This document shows, in pieces, positions 31,498-41,769 of a DNA stretch of 64,000 nt (within the stretch, counting starts at the first letter, position 1; each line of letters begins with the position of its first letter). The notes beneath the pieces were generated by a model, which was not told where the DNA came from, did not search any database, and worked only from the letters and a program-made list of their open reading frames with translations. The position numbers and the translations under genes were made by a program. The stretch covers positions 200,365 to 264,364 of the forward strand of contig CANBBP010000001.1 in assembly GCA_947366895.1 (NCBI GenBank), written 5' to 3'. Source of the stretch: an uncultured Clostridia bacterium (GTDB taxonomy: Bacteria > Bacillota > Clostridia > Christensenellales > UBA1242).

Positions 31498-31731
31498 ATG
31501 GAAGAATTAACTGCAGAAGAAATCTTCGAAAAAGAATATGAAGATGTAATGTTAGCAAATGAACAAGAACAAAATGAATTTGAAGCATTCTATTCTAAAA
31601 ATGAAGAAGATTATAAAAGAAATGTTTTAGAAACTATAGAGGATTATTGTAATGATTTAGATAGATTATATAGGTCAGATGATAAAAAATTAGATGATCT
31701 ACTTGCTAAAATTAATAAAAGAATAGGTTAA
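31498..31731 (+). CDS. hypothetical small acidic protein
   Basis: ORF track, 77 aa. AAGGAGAG RBS. It starts 24 nt after the preceding stop, so it is likely co-transcribed. A bidirectional terminator follows. Confidence 0.65.
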   Translation: MEELTAEEIFEKEYEDVMLANEQEQNEFEAFYSKNEEDYKRNVLETIEDYCNDLDRLYRSDDKKLDDLLAKINKRIG

Positions 31732-31753
31732 ATAATTAAATTTGAAAAAAATA

Positions 31754-31782
31754 AAAAGCACTAATTAATTTAGTGCTTTTTT
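31754..31782. terminator. bidirectional terminator between the 77-aa ORF and the HicB-like gene
   Basis: 10-bp stem AAAAGCACTA/TAGTGCTTTT with a 7-nt loop. A-run and T-run flanks. Confidence 0.65.
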
Positions 31783-31819
31783 ATATATATTTTTTTGTTA
31801 TTTGATAAAGAAAATTTAA

Positions 31820-32107
31820 TTAATCTTCTTCACCTTTTTTAGGATTTTTAACCTCTGCATCTATTAATAATACGATGTCATTTTTATGTATTTCTCTAGC
31901 TTCTAAATAAGTACGAGGTTTTTCTTGTACTTGCCCAAACATTTTTATCGATAATCTACAAAAATCTTTTAAATATTTTTTTGCAGTCCAATAAGCTTCT
32001 TCAATGGTTTTACCTAAACAATAAACTTGAACATCATCAAATGCTACTATATAATTATCATTTTCTTCATCTCTATAAAAAGTTGCAGGAAAAATATATT
32101 GCTCCAT
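31820..32107 (-). CDS. HicB-like antitoxin-fold protein (orphan; no HicA partner seen)
   Basis: YIFPATFYRDEENDNYIVAFDDVQVYCLGKTIEEAYWTAKKYLKDF follows the HicB N-terminal pattern (YxxPaxF..e.ggY.v.fpD..g..t.G.t.eEA...a.e.L). 95 aa. No RHH/HTH tail. Confidence 0.6.
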   Translation of the reverse strand: MEQYIFPATFYRDEENDNYIVAFDDVQVYCLGKTIEEAYWTAKKYLKDFCRLSIKMFGQVQEKPRTYLEAREIHKNDIVLLIDAEVKNPKKGEED

Positions 32108-32203
32108 AGCCTAAACACTCTCCAATATAATCTTATGTCAATCATTTTAACATAAAAATAAATTCATGTAAAACAATTTTATATAAAAATTACTACAATA
32201 ATA

Positions 32204-33106
32204 TTAATTTAATGCTCCAGACATAATTCTAAATTTAGAATTATTATTCCATATTTCCAATATTTTATCAAAGTTTCTATCTGGATCTAACAATAAGTTT
32301 GCTAATTCATCCAATTCCTTATACTCTTCTTCTGATAATTCAAAATTCTTTTCTTTTATAAATTTTGGTAAATGAAGAAAGATTGTTTCATTATTCATAA
32401 GACAATGAAAATCATAAAACAACGAACGCAAACTTGCTTTTATCCCAAATACTGGCGGAGCTGATGAATAAATAATTTCATCCTCTTTATATTTACCCTG
32501 TCTTATGCCTAAATATGCCTCTGCACCAAAAATAAATTTATCTCTAGGAATATCATTAATATCAAAATTTAATTCATGATCTGGACAATGTTCATCAGCA
32601 TCAACTAATATCCATCTATTTTTATTTTCATCAAAATATTCTGTTATCCAATGGTCATAATTTTTTCCATCAGTTTTAATATATGTTCCATAACCACTTC
32701 TTACTCTTGCAGAATAACCCTTTGCCTTTAGAATACTTGTCAATAAAATAGCTTGTCCTCTACAAGTAATATGAATTTTATCTTCAGCCTTCCTATTTAT
32801 ATTATAATTAATATCTTTCCTTAACAATTCATTTAACATGGCTGAAGCAGTAGGAAATAAATCATCTTCATAATTTAATCTTGTAATTGGAACTTTTGTC
32901 ATGTCTCCCCAAAAACACTTATTTTGTTTTCTGATTTCAGAATTTTTATAAGCAATTGGGTGAATTATTTGCTTTCTTTGGAGAATACATAATTCATCAA
33001 TATCATCAGTTAATTTTTTTGCAAAATAACTATACAAACCTAAATGGGTATAAATACTTGTTTGCTTGTAAAAATCTTTAATTTTTTTATTCACCACATT
33101 AATCAT
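32204..33106 (-). CDS. transglutaminase-like superfamily Cys protease-fold protein
   Basis: Candidate Cys-His-Asp triad in canonical order and spacing: ITCRGQAILLTSILKAKGYSARVRSGY ... DHWITEYF ... RWILVDAD. 300 aa. Confidence 0.7.
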   Translation of the reverse strand: MINVVNKKIKDFYKQTSIYTHLGLYSYFAKKLTDDIDELCILQRKQIIHPIAYKNSEIRKQNKCFWGDMTKVPITRLNYEDDLFPTASAMLNELLRKDINYNINRKAEDKIHITCRGQAILLTSILKAKGYSARVRSGYGTYIKTDGKNYDHWITEYFDENKNRWILVDADEHCPDHELNFDINDIPRDKFIFGAEAYLGIRQGKYKEDEIIYSSAPPVFGIKASLRSLFYDFHCLMNNETIFLHLPKFIKEKNFELSEEEYKELDELANLLLDPDRNFDKILEIWNNNSKFRIMSGALN

Positions 33107-33335
33107 ATTTTCTCCTAAGTATTGCTTGTTTTATCTAAAACTTTATAGCAAATTAAATTTTTAACTTTGTAATCTTCGCATGAAAAATAAAAATTAATAT
33201 TATTTTTTATTTATAAACCTTAATAAATAATAATAGTAATTTTACTATATATTTATATATTATAAAAAATTAATTTTTATGAATTGTTTGATATTTTTTA
33301 TTAAAACTTATTATTTAAAATAAAGCCAAAAATAC

Positions 33336-33365
33336 AAAAAACACCCAAAAATTTAGGTGTTTTTT
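33336..33365 (-). terminator. terminator after the 102-aa ORF
   Basis: AACACC/GGTGTT core stem extended by A/T pairs, with a 10-nt loop. T-rich tail on the minus strand. Confidence 0.5.
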
Positions 33366-33377
33366 ATACTATTTTTG

Positions 33378-33686
33378 TTAACAAAAAGCAGGTTCCATTC
33401 CCCCATCCCCTTCCTGCAAAGCAGTGAATGTAGCTTCTGAAGTGTTTTGTTTTTCTGATAATAAACTTATACTTTCTTCTTCTCTAGAATGTAAAATTTC
33501 TTGTAATCTATTAAAAGCATCAGGGTCACCAAAGCAACCAGTACCAAATTCAACAGGCTCAACACATGTAAATTCTTGTACACTAGGAGCTTGAGTATTT
33601 GCTGCCGCAACCTTAAATTTTTCTAAATCAAAACCCATAGGATTAATTACTAATTTATTACTTTCATCAATATTGATAGCCTTCAT
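33378..33686 (-). CDS. small acidic Cys-containing protein (102 aa), unknown function
   Basis: The ORF track starts at 33758, but that ATG lies inside a TTGACA-17-TGaTAAACT promoter. ATG 33686 is preceded by GAGGAGG. The sequence is MKAINIDES...TALQEGDGGMEPAFC with Cys41, Cys51 and a terminal Cys102. A terminator hairpin lies downstream. Confidence 0.6.
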   Translation of the reverse strand: MKAINIDESNKLVINPMGFDLEKFKVAAANTQAPSVQEFTCVEPVEFGTGCFGDPDAFNRLQEILHSREEESISLLSEKQNTSEATFTALQEGDGGMEPAFC

Positions 33687-33729
33687 TGTATTATACCTCC
33701 TCGTAGTTTTTATCTTTACTGACACTAAA

Positions 33730-33758
33730 AGTTTATCATAATAAATACTTTTTGTCAA
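33730..33758 (-). promoter_or_regulatory. strong candidate promoter for the 102-aa ORF
   Basis: Minus strand: TTGACA (33758-33753), 17 nt with a TG at the extended -10 position, TAAACT (33735-33730). Confidence 0.55.
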
Positions 33759-33852
33759 TAGAAGTTTACTATTAAATAAACTTCACCATTAAAAAATTAC
33801 ATAAACACCAATAATATTTTTAACAAAAAACAAACTACAAAAACATAAAATA

Positions 33853-33885
33853 ATGGCAGTTAGAATTTGATTATCTAACTACCAT
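33853..33885 (-). terminator. terminator after rpoC
   Basis: 12-bp stem ATGGCAGTTAGA/TCTAACTACCAT (11/12 paired) with a 9-nt loop. On the minus strand it is followed by TATTTTATGTTTTTG. Confidence 0.6.
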
Positions 33886-34036
33886 TAGTATAGCATAATT
33901 TAAATATTTAAGCAAGTGACATTTGATTAATTTTGAATGTTTTATACAAAATATACAAAGAAAAATATTTATTAAAATTTATATTTTATTTAAAATAATC
34001 GTTATTAAGACTATAAAATATTTAATAACTTATAAA

Positions 34037-37000
34037 TTATACCATAGGATTAACTTCTTGATTTTCTTTTTCTTGCCATGCTTTTGAAATAGATGGATAA
34101 CTATCTCTATATTGTCTCATACCAGTTCCAGCAGGTATTAGTTTTCCTATCATAACATTTTCTTTTAATCCTAATAAATTATCAACCTTACCCTTAATAG
34201 CAGCTTCTGTTAATACACTTGAAGTTTCTTGGAAGGATGCAGCAGATAAGAATGATTCTGTAGATAAAGAAGCTTTTGTTATGCCTAATAAAATTCTCTT
34301 TGCTGTTGCTGGTCTACCACCATTCATTAATATTTCATTATTAATTTCTTCATATTGTTGTAAATCTAAAATATTTCCTGGAAGTAAATCAGAATCACCC
34401 GGTTCTTCAATTTTAACTTTTCTTAACATTTGGCGAATAATAATCTCAACGTGTTTAGCATTTATTCTAACATCTTGTAAACGATATACACCTAGAACTT
34501 CTTTAAGTAAATACTCTTGAACTCCTTTAAGACCAATAACCCTTAAAATATCGTTAGGATAAATTGAACCTGATGTTAAGCATTGACCTACCTCTACTAC
34601 ATCACCAGTTTTAACAGCTAAAACTGCTTTGTTTTTTGGAGGGGTCATATATTCTACATCGCCTTCACTTGTTGAAGAAACAGTAATTTTATATCTTTCT
34701 CCAGATTCTTCAACTTTAACTTTACCTGCAACTTCAGATATAATTGCTTCGCCTTTAGGTCTACGAGCTTCAAAAATTTCTTCTACACGTGGAAGACCTT
34801 TTGTAATATCAGCTTCGGCAGTAACACCACCAGTGTGGAAAGTTCTCATTGTAAGCTGAGTACCAGGTTCACCAATACTTTGTGCAGCAATTACACCAAC
34901 AGCTTCACCAACATTGACCATTTGATTACCAGCCATATTTCTACCATAACATTTAGCACATACACCATGTTTTGATTTACAAGTAAGTAATGTACGAATA
35001 TTAACATGAGTAATACCACAATCAACTATTGCTTTTGCTTGAGTAGGAGTAATCATTTCATTTGATTTTACTATTAGTTCACCAGTCTTAGGATTAATAA
35101 TCTCATCAACTGCTACTCTACCTGAAATTCTATCTTCAAGTTTTTCTACAACTGTTTTATCTTCAATAAGGTCACTTACAACCATTCCTTTTGGTTTTTC
35201 ACCTAAAGTTGCAAAGCAATCTTCTTCATTAACAACAACTTCTTGAGCAACATCAACAAGTCTTCTTGTTAAATAACCTGAGTCAGCAGTTTTAAGAGCT
35301 GTATCAGCAAGACCTTTACGACCACCACGAGAAGATAAGAAATAGTCAATAGGAGTTAACCCTGTTCTAAAACATGATTTAACAGGAATATCAATTTTAA
35401 TACCTGATGCACTAGCCATAACACCACGCATTCCACATAACTGGTTAATTTGTCCTGGGTTACCACGAGCTCCGGAAACAGCCATCATTTTAACAGGATT
35501 TAACTTATCTAAACTATCCATAACAGCTTGTTTAACTTTTTCTGTTGTTTCATTCCAAATAGAAATATTTTTTGAAATTTTTTCATCAAAAGCAATAAGT
35601 CCACGGCGGTAAGCTTTTTCATTTTCTAAAACTTTTGCATCTGCTTCTGCAACTAATTCTTTCTTTTCTTTTGGTTCTTTCATATCAAAAACATTGATAG
35701 TTAAAGCACCAATTGTTGAATATTTATATCCTAATTCTTTAACTTTATCAAGCATTATAACTGTTGGAGTTGAACCTAAAGTATTAAATGTTTGGAAAAC
35801 AATTTTACCTAATAACTTTTTATCTACAGTTCCTTCAACTTCGTATCTTAAAGCATTTTCTTTCTTAGATCTATCAATAAATCCGATATTTTGAGGGATA
35901 CAACGATTAAATAAAATTCTACCGACAGTTGTACTTACTCTACCAGTAATTTCTTCTCCATTAAATTCTACAGTTCTTCTAACAGTAATTTTAGATTGAA
36001 GTTCTATATTTTTTGTTTGATAAGCCATAATTGCTTCATCTTCATCTTTAAAGTTTGCACCTTCATTTAAAGCATTTGGTTTATCAATTGTCATATAATA
36101 ACAACCTATAACAATATCTTGTGCAGGAGTCATAACAGGTTGACCATCTGCAGGTTTTAAAACATTGTTTGAAGAAAGCATAATCATTCTTGCTTCTGCT
36201 CTTGCTTCAAGAGAAAGAGGAACGTGAACAGGCATTTGGTCACCATCGAAGTCTGCGTTAAAGCCTACGCAAACAAGCGGATGTAATCTAATAGCTCTAC
36301 CTTCACATAATACTGGTTCAAAAGCTTGAATACCTAATCTATGCAAAGTAGGAGCACGGTTTAATAATACAGGATGGTCTTTAATAACTTCATCTAATAC
36401 ATCCCAAACAATTGGTTTTTCTCTTTCAATAATTCTTTTTGCACTTTTTATGTTATGAGATTCATTCATCTCAACAAGTCTCTTCATAATAAATGGTTTA
36501 AATAATTCAAGAGCCATTTCTTTTGGTAAGCCACATTGATAAATTTTAAGTTCTGGGCCAACAACAATAACGGAACGACCTGAATAGTCTACCCTCTTAC
36601 CTAACAAGTTTTGACGGAAACGACCTTGTTTACCTCTTAACATTGCTGTTAAACTCTTTAAATCTCTTGCCTTAGGTCCTTGAACTGCTTTACCTCTTTT
36701 TCCATTTTCAATTAAAGCATCAACAGATTCCTGTAACATACGTTTTTCATTTCTAATGATAACTTCAGGAGCACCTAATTCTATTAACTTTTTAAGACGA
36801 TTATTACGATTAATAACTCTACGATATAAATCATTTAAATCACTAGTAGCAAATCTTCCTCCATCAAGTTGAACCATAGGTCTTAAATCTGGTGGTAAAA
36901 CAGGAATAACATCCATTACCATCCATTCAGGTTTATTGCCACTTTTAATAAAATCATCAACTATTTCTATTCTTTTAATAGCTTTTAGTTTCTTTTGACC

Positions 37001-37600
37001 TTTACTTGTTTTAACTATTTCTTTAAGTTCTGCATAATCTTTTTGAAGGTCAATTTCAGTTAGAAGTTGTTTAATAGCTTCAGCACCCATACCAGCCTTA
37101 AAAGAATTTTCGCCATACATATCAATAGCATCACGATATTCTTTATCGCTTATAATTTGTTTATATGTGAAAGGAGTATTTTTAGGGTCTAAAACAATAT
37201 AATTAACATAATATAAAACTTGTTCTAGAGCTTTTGGAGTAATATCTAATATAACACCTATACGAGAAGGAATGCCTCTAAAAAACCAAATATGACTTAC
37301 TGGAGTAGCAAGTTCAATATGCCCCATTCTTTCACGTCTTACTTTAGAGTGAGTTACCTCAACACCACATTTATCGCAGATAACACCTTTATAGCGAATC
37401 CTTTTATATTTTCCGCAATGACACTCCCAGTTTTTTCTAGGTCCAAAAATGCGTTCACAAAAAAGGCCATCTCTCTCTGGTTTTAATGTCCTATAATTTA
37501 TAGTTTCTGGTTTTGTTACTTCGCCATAACTCCATTCCCTAATTTTTTCTGGGGAAGCAATACCAATACGCATAGAGTCAAAATTGTTTAGTTCAAACAT
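34037..37600 (-). CDS. rpoC: DNA-directed RNA polymerase subunit beta prime
   Basis: Zn-finger [23 protein letters not shown] and catalytic NADFDGDQM. 1187 aa. Confidence 0.98.
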   Translation of the reverse strand: MFELNNFDSMRIGIASPEKIREWSYGEVTKPETINYRTLKPERDGLFCERIFGPRKNWECHCGKYKRIRYKGVICDKCGVEVTHSKVRRERMGHIELATPVSHIWFFRGIPSRIGVILDITPKALEQVLYYVNYIVLDPKNTPFTYKQIISDKEYRDAIDMYGENSFKAGMGAEAIKQLLTEIDLQKDYAELKEIVKTSKGQKKLKAIKRIEIVDDFIKSGNKPEWMVMDVIPVLPPDLRPMVQLDGGRFATSDLNDLYRRVINRNNRLKKLIELGAPEVIIRNEKRMLQESVDALIENGKRGKAVQGPKARDLKSLTAMLRGKQGRFRQNLLGKRVDYSGRSVIVVGPELKIYQCGLPKEMALELFKPFIMKRLVEMNESHNIKSAKRIIEREKPIVWDVLDEVIKDHPVLLNRAPTLHRLGIQAFEPVLCEGRAIRLHPLVCVGFNADFDGDQMPVHVPLSLEARAEARMIMLSSNNVLKPADGQPVMTPAQDIVIGCYYMTIDKPNALNEGANFKDEDEAIMAYQTKNIELQSKITVRRTVEFNGEEITGRVSTTVGRILFNRCIPQNIGFIDRSKKENALRYEVEGTVDKKLLGKIVFQTFNTLGSTPTVIMLDKVKELGYKYSTIGALTINVFDMKEPKEKKELVAEADAKVLENEKAYRRGLIAFDEKISKNISIWNETTEKVKQAVMDSLDKLNPVKMMAVSGARGNPGQINQLCGMRGVMASASGIKIDIPVKSCFRTGLTPIDYFLSSRGGRKGLADTALKTADSGYLTRRLVDVAQEVVVNEEDCFATLGEKPKGMVVSDLIEDKTVVEKLEDRISGRVAVDEIINPKTGELIVKSNEMITPTQAKAIVDCGITHVNIRTLLTCKSKHGVCAKCYGRNMAGNQMVNVGEAVGVIAAQSIGEPGTQLTMRTFHTGGVTAEADITKGLPRVEEIFEARRPKGEAIISEVAGKVKVEESGERYKITVSSTSEGDVEYMTPPKNKAVLAVKTGDVVEVGQCLTSGSIYPNDILRVIGLKGVQEYLLKEVLGVYRLQDVRINAKHVEIIIRQMLRKVKIEEPGDSDLLPGNILDLQQYEEINNEILMNGGRPATAKRILLGITKASLSTESFLSAASFQETSSVLTEAAIKGKVDNLLGLKENVMIGKLIPAGTGMRQYRDSYPSISKAWQEKENQEVNPMV

Positions 37601-37711
37601 AAAAATCTCCTTAAAATTTTTACATGCTGTCTTTACATTTGCTAGTTAATTGTTAGTACTTATTAATTAATAAACTAACAAGTACTTAAACAAGCTTAGT
37701 TTAAAAAACTA

Positions 37712-40700
37712 TTATTCAAAATCATCAAAAAGTGAATTTTCATCAAATTCAAAAATATCATTTTCAGGTTGTTCTTGAGAATCTGATTCAGTTTCTACTC
37801 CATTATCCAAATCTAATTCAATGTCTTGAACTGCATCTTTTGGTTTAATAACAAATGGAGTTGTTTCAGTTTCATCATTAGTTAATTCACTAATTGAAAC
37901 TTCTTGTTTTTCCTCTGTTAAAATCTTTACATCAAGACCTAAACTTTGGAATTCTTTAATAGTAACTTTAAATGATTCTGGAATACCTGGTTCTTGAATT
38001 GGAGCACCTTTAACAATAGCTTCATAAGTTTTATTTCTACCTACAACATCATCAGACTTAACGGTTAACATTTCTTGTAATAATCTTGAAACACCATAAG
38101 CTTCTAAAGCCCAAACTTCCATTTCACCAAATCTTTGTCCACCAAACATAGCTTTACCGCCAAGAGGTTGTTGAGTAACTAATGAATAAGGTCCAGTAGA
38201 ACGAGCATGCATTTTGCTATCTACCATGTGGTCAAGTTTTAACATATACATAGTACCAACTGTTACACGATTTTCAAAAGGCTCACCTGTTCTGCCATCA
38301 TATAATACCATTTTTCCATCTTCTTCAAGATCATTATCTTTGAATAGTTGGAAAATTTCAGTTTCATTAATACAATCAAATACAGGAACAGCTACTTTCC
38401 AGTTTAATGCTCTTGCAACTTTACCTAATAAAACTTCTAGCACCTGTCCTACATTCATACGACTTGGAATACCAAGAGGATTTAAAACAATATCAACTGG
38501 TTTACCATTTTCCATATAAGGTAAATCTGCCATAGGAAGTACACGACTAACAACACCTTTGTTACCATGACGACCAGCCATTTTATCACCAACGGAAAGT
38601 TTTCTTTTTTGAGCAACATAAACTTTAACCATTGTATTAACACCTGGTTCTAGTTCATCTTTGTTCTTTCTTGTGAAAACTTGAACATCAACAACTATAC
38701 CACCTCTACCATGTTGAACACGAAGTGAAGTGTCTCTAACTTCTCTAGCTTTTTCACCAAAAATTGCACGAAGAAGTCTTTCTTCTGGAGTAAGTTCAGT
38801 TTCTCCTTTTGGAGTAACCTTACCAACTAAAATATCTCCTGGACGAACTTCTGCACCAACTCTTACGATGCCATTTTCATCTAAGTTCTTTAATGCATCA
38901 TCACCCAAGTTTGGTATATCACGAGTAATTTCCTCATCACCTAATTTTGTGCTACGAGCCTTGCTTTCTTCAACTTTCAAAGTAATAGAAGTGAAAACAT
39001 CTTCTCTTACAAGTCTTTCAGAAATAAGTATAGCATCTTCGTAGTTATAACCTTCCCAGTTCATGTAAGCGATAGTCATGTTTTTACCTAATGCTAACTC
39101 TCCATCTTTAGTAGAGAAACCATCTGCTAAAACATCACCTTTTTCAACTCTTTGATTTTTAATTACTGCTGGCTTTTGGTTAATACATGTATCTTGATTT
39201 GTTTTTGTAAATTTTGTTAAGAAATAACTATCAGTTTGTCCGTTATCATTTTTAACTCTAATTTCAGTTGCTGAAACATAAGTTACATATCCTGCATTTT
39301 TGCAAAGTATCATAGCACCACTATCAACTGCTATTTTATGTTCGATACCTGTACCTATAATAGGTGCTTCAGTAGTTAAAAGAGGAACTGCTTGTCGTTG
39401 CATGTTCGAGCCCATAAGAGCACGAGATGTATCATCATTAGCAAGGAATGGAATAAGAGATGTTGCAGCAGAAATTAATTGTCTAGGAGAAACATCAACA
39501 TAATCAACATCACTTGATGGGACCTCAATTACACTTTCTTTACGTCTAACAATAACTCTAGAATTTACAAATTTTCCTTCTGATGTTAATGGTTCAATGG
39601 CTTGAGCAATACAGCAATTCTCTTCTTCATCAGCCATTAGATAAACAACTTCGTTTGTAACAACACCATTCTTTTTATCAACAACTTTTAAAGGAGAAAG
39701 TAAGAAACCATATTCGTTAATTCTTCCATATGTTGCAAGTGAGTTAATAAGACCAATGCCTTGACCTTCTGGGGTTTCAATAGCACAAATTCTGCCATAA
39801 TGTGAATAGTGAATATCACGAACTTCTGCAGTTGCTCTTTCTTTCTTTACACCGCCAGGTCCAACAGCAGAAATTTTACGTTTTTGAGTAAGTTCACTTA
39901 CAGGATTTACTTGATCCATTAATTGTGATAATTGTGAACTTGCTAAGAAATCTTTTAAAGCTTTATTAATAGGTCTAGCATTTATAACACTTGAAGGATT
40001 AACAGTTGTTAAATCTTGAGCCTGCAAAGTTTCACGAATAACACCAGCAAGTTTATTAACACCACTTCTAAATGCTCCTGCCATAAGTTCACCAACAGTT
40101 GCAATTCTTCTATTTGCTAAATGGTCTATATTATCAATTTCACCTATTCCATTATTAAGGTCTAAATGATAACTGATTGTAGCTATGATATCATCCATTG
40201 TTAATTGGAAGTTCATAAGTTGTTTTGCGTTTTCTCTTATTGCTTGAAGTTTGTCTTCTTTTGTTTTGTTTTCATTTAAAATTTTCATTAATGTTGGATA
40301 ATGAACTTTTTCTAATATACCAAGTTCTGCCTCATCACATGGGAAAATAGCAGATAAATCAACAGTGTTATTTCCAACAACTTTATGACCAACAAATTTG
40401 TCATTTACAACTTTAAAATCACCTCTTAAAGTTTTTGCTCTAAGCCAAACTTCGTTGATACCAGCATTGCCTATTTCTTTTGCAATTTCTCTATCTATTA
40501 TTTCGCCATCTTTTACAACAACTTTATCATTAATTTTAATATCACCAAAAGCAGTTTGTCCTGTAATACGAGAAGCAATACTTAATTTTTTGTTTAGTTT
40601 ATATCTACCTACCCTTGCCAAGTTATAATATTGATGAGTAAAGAAAAGGGAATTTATAAAATTATATGTGGCTTCAGCACTAGGAACTTCAGTAGGACGC

Positions 40701-41431
40701 ATTTTTTTACTTAATTCAATCAATGCTTCTTCCTGAGTTTCTTGCATTTCTTTTTCAAGAGTACTTTTTATAATAGGATTATTTCCAAATACTTCTATAA
40801 TTTGATCTGAAGTAAAGCCAAAACACTTTAGGAAAATACCTAAAGTTACTTTACTACTTCTATCTATAACAACCCTTAAAACATCATTTACATTTTGTTC
40901 AACTTCTATCCATGTTCCACGAGTTGGAATAATTGTTCCATTAAAAAGCCATTTACCAGTTTTATCTTGTTCTTTCGCAAAATAAGCACTAGGAGAACGA
41001 ACAATTTGACTTACAACTACCCTTTCAATACCATTGAATATAAAAGAACCTTCTTCAGTCATAAGAGGAACATCACCTAAGAAAACTTCCTGTTGAATAA
41101 CTTCACCATCTTCTTTTCTTACAAGTCTTGCTTTTGCCCTTAAACTTACAGCATAGGTAATACCTTTTCTTTTACACTCACTTTTAGAATACTTTGTAGT
41201 GGCGTCTAGAGTATAATCATCAAAGTATATTTCTGCCTTACCACTATAGTCGGTAATTGGCGAAAATTCTTCTAAAATTTCTCCAATACCTTTTTCTAAA
41301 AATTGCTTGTATGAATCCTTCTGAATAGCAAGAAGATAAGGCATTTCAATAGGTTCTTCAATTTTTGAAAAATTAACTCTTTCAACCTTGCCATATTTAG
41401 TTTTCTTAAATGTAGGATAAGATTGTGTCAT
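37712..41431 (-). CDS. rpoB: DNA-directed RNA polymerase subunit beta
   Basis: Universal motifs (GRHGNKGVVS, MNVGQ, the rifampicin-cluster region FFGSSQLSQF-like SSQLSQLMDQ). I prefer ATG 41431 (GGGAGAG upstream; aligns with Bacillus MTGQ...) over the ORF-track TTG at 41452. It has an acidic C-terminal tail. Confidence 0.97.
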   Translation of the reverse strand: MTQSYPTFKKTKYGKVERVNFSKIEEPIEMPYLLAIQKDSYKQFLEKGIGEILEEFSPITDYSGKAEIYFDDYTLDATTKYSKSECKRKGITYAVSLRAKARLVRKEDGEVIQQEVFLGDVPLMTEEGSFIFNGIERVVVSQIVRSPSAYFAKEQDKTGKWLFNGTIIPTRGTWIEVEQNVNDVLRVVIDRSSKVTLGIFLKCFGFTSDQIIEVFGNNPIIKSTLEKEMQETQEEALIELSKKMRPTEVPSAEATYNFINSLFFTHQYYNLARVGRYKLNKKLSIASRITGQTAFGDIKINDKVVVKDGEIIDREIAKEIGNAGINEVWLRAKTLRGDFKVVNDKFVGHKVVGNNTVDLSAIFPCDEAELGILEKVHYPTLMKILNENKTKEDKLQAIRENAKQLMNFQLTMDDIIATISYHLDLNNGIGEIDNIDHLANRRIATVGELMAGAFRSGVNKLAGVIRETLQAQDLTTVNPSSVINARPINKALKDFLASSQLSQLMDQVNPVSELTQKRKISAVGPGGVKKERATAEVRDIHYSHYGRICAIETPEGQGIGLINSLATYGRINEYGFLLSPLKVVDKKNGVVTNEVVYLMADEEENCCIAQAIEPLTSEGKFVNSRVIVRRKESVIEVPSSDVDYVDVSPRQLISAATSLIPFLANDDTSRALMGSNMQRQAVPLLTTEAPIIGTGIEHKIAVDSGAMILCKNAGYVTYVSATEIRVKNDNGQTDSYFLTKFTKTNQDTCINQKPAVIKNQRVEKGDVLADGFSTKDGELALGKNMTIAYMNWEGYNYEDAILISERLVREDVFTSITLKVEESKARSTKLGDEEITRDIPNLGDDALKNLDENGIVRVGAEVRPGDILVGKVTPKGETELTPEERLLRAIFGEKAREVRDTSLRVQHGRGGIVVDVQVFTRKNKDELEPGVNTMVKVYVAQKRKLSVGDKMAGRHGNKGVVSRVLPMADLPYMENGKPVDIVLNPLGIPSRMNVGQVLEVLLGKVARALNWKVAVPVFDCINETEIFQLFKDNDLEEDGKMVLYDGRTGEPFENRVTVGTMYMLKLDHMVDSKMHARSTGPYSLVTQQPLGGKAMFGGQRFGEMEVWALEAYGVSRLLQEMLTVKSDDVVGRNKTYEAIVKGAPIQEPGIPESFKVTIKEFQSLGLDVKILTEEKQEVSISELTNDETETTPFVIKPKDAVQDIELDLDNGVETESDSQEQPENDIFEFDENSLFDDFE

Positions 41432-41740
41432 ATAAAGGCTCTCCCATAACAATTAAATTTTTTGTTTTTCTCTAGCACTTTTTATTGAAAAATTGATAAC
41501 TTTTTTTTGCAAATTTAAATTTTTTTACTATTTAATTTTATAAAATTTTAAGAGTTTTTTAATAATTGAAACTTAATTTTAAAAATAAAAGCAAAAAAAC
41601 ATTATGCTAATAACCCTTTAATCTTTTTTAATCACATTAACTAAGAATAAACAATTATGTAACATAATTTCTCTCAACTATTCTACCCTCTTTTTACAAA
41701 AAAAACAAAACGCATAATTTAACAACATAAAGTATTTTAA

Positions 41741-41769
41741 ATATTATCACAAGCCATTTTTTAAGTCAA
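41741..41769 (-). promoter_or_regulatory. candidate promoter for rpoB (about 300-nt leader)
   Basis: Minus strand: TTGACT (41769-41764), 17 nt ending in TGa, TAATAT (41746-41741). Confidence 0.45.

Noticed and set aside
31820-32203. A complete HicAB toxin-antitoxin pair.
   Set aside because: No HicA-like small basic ORF lies on either side. The 96-nt gap upstream and the terminator downstream leave no room for one. Only the HicB-like fold is present.
33687-33758. The N-terminal 24-aa extension of the small ORF as given in the ORF track (MTKSIYYDKLLVSVKIKTTRRYNT…).
   Set aside because: The upstream ATG sits inside a near-consensus -35/-10 promoter and has no SD. The internal ATG at 33686 has a GAGGAGG SD.
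41432-41452. A TTG start that extends rpoB by 7 aa (MLWESLY).
   Set aside because: ATG 41431 has a GGGAGAG SD at suitable spacing, and the resulting N-terminus aligns with Bacillus RpoB. The extension is probably a frame artefact.
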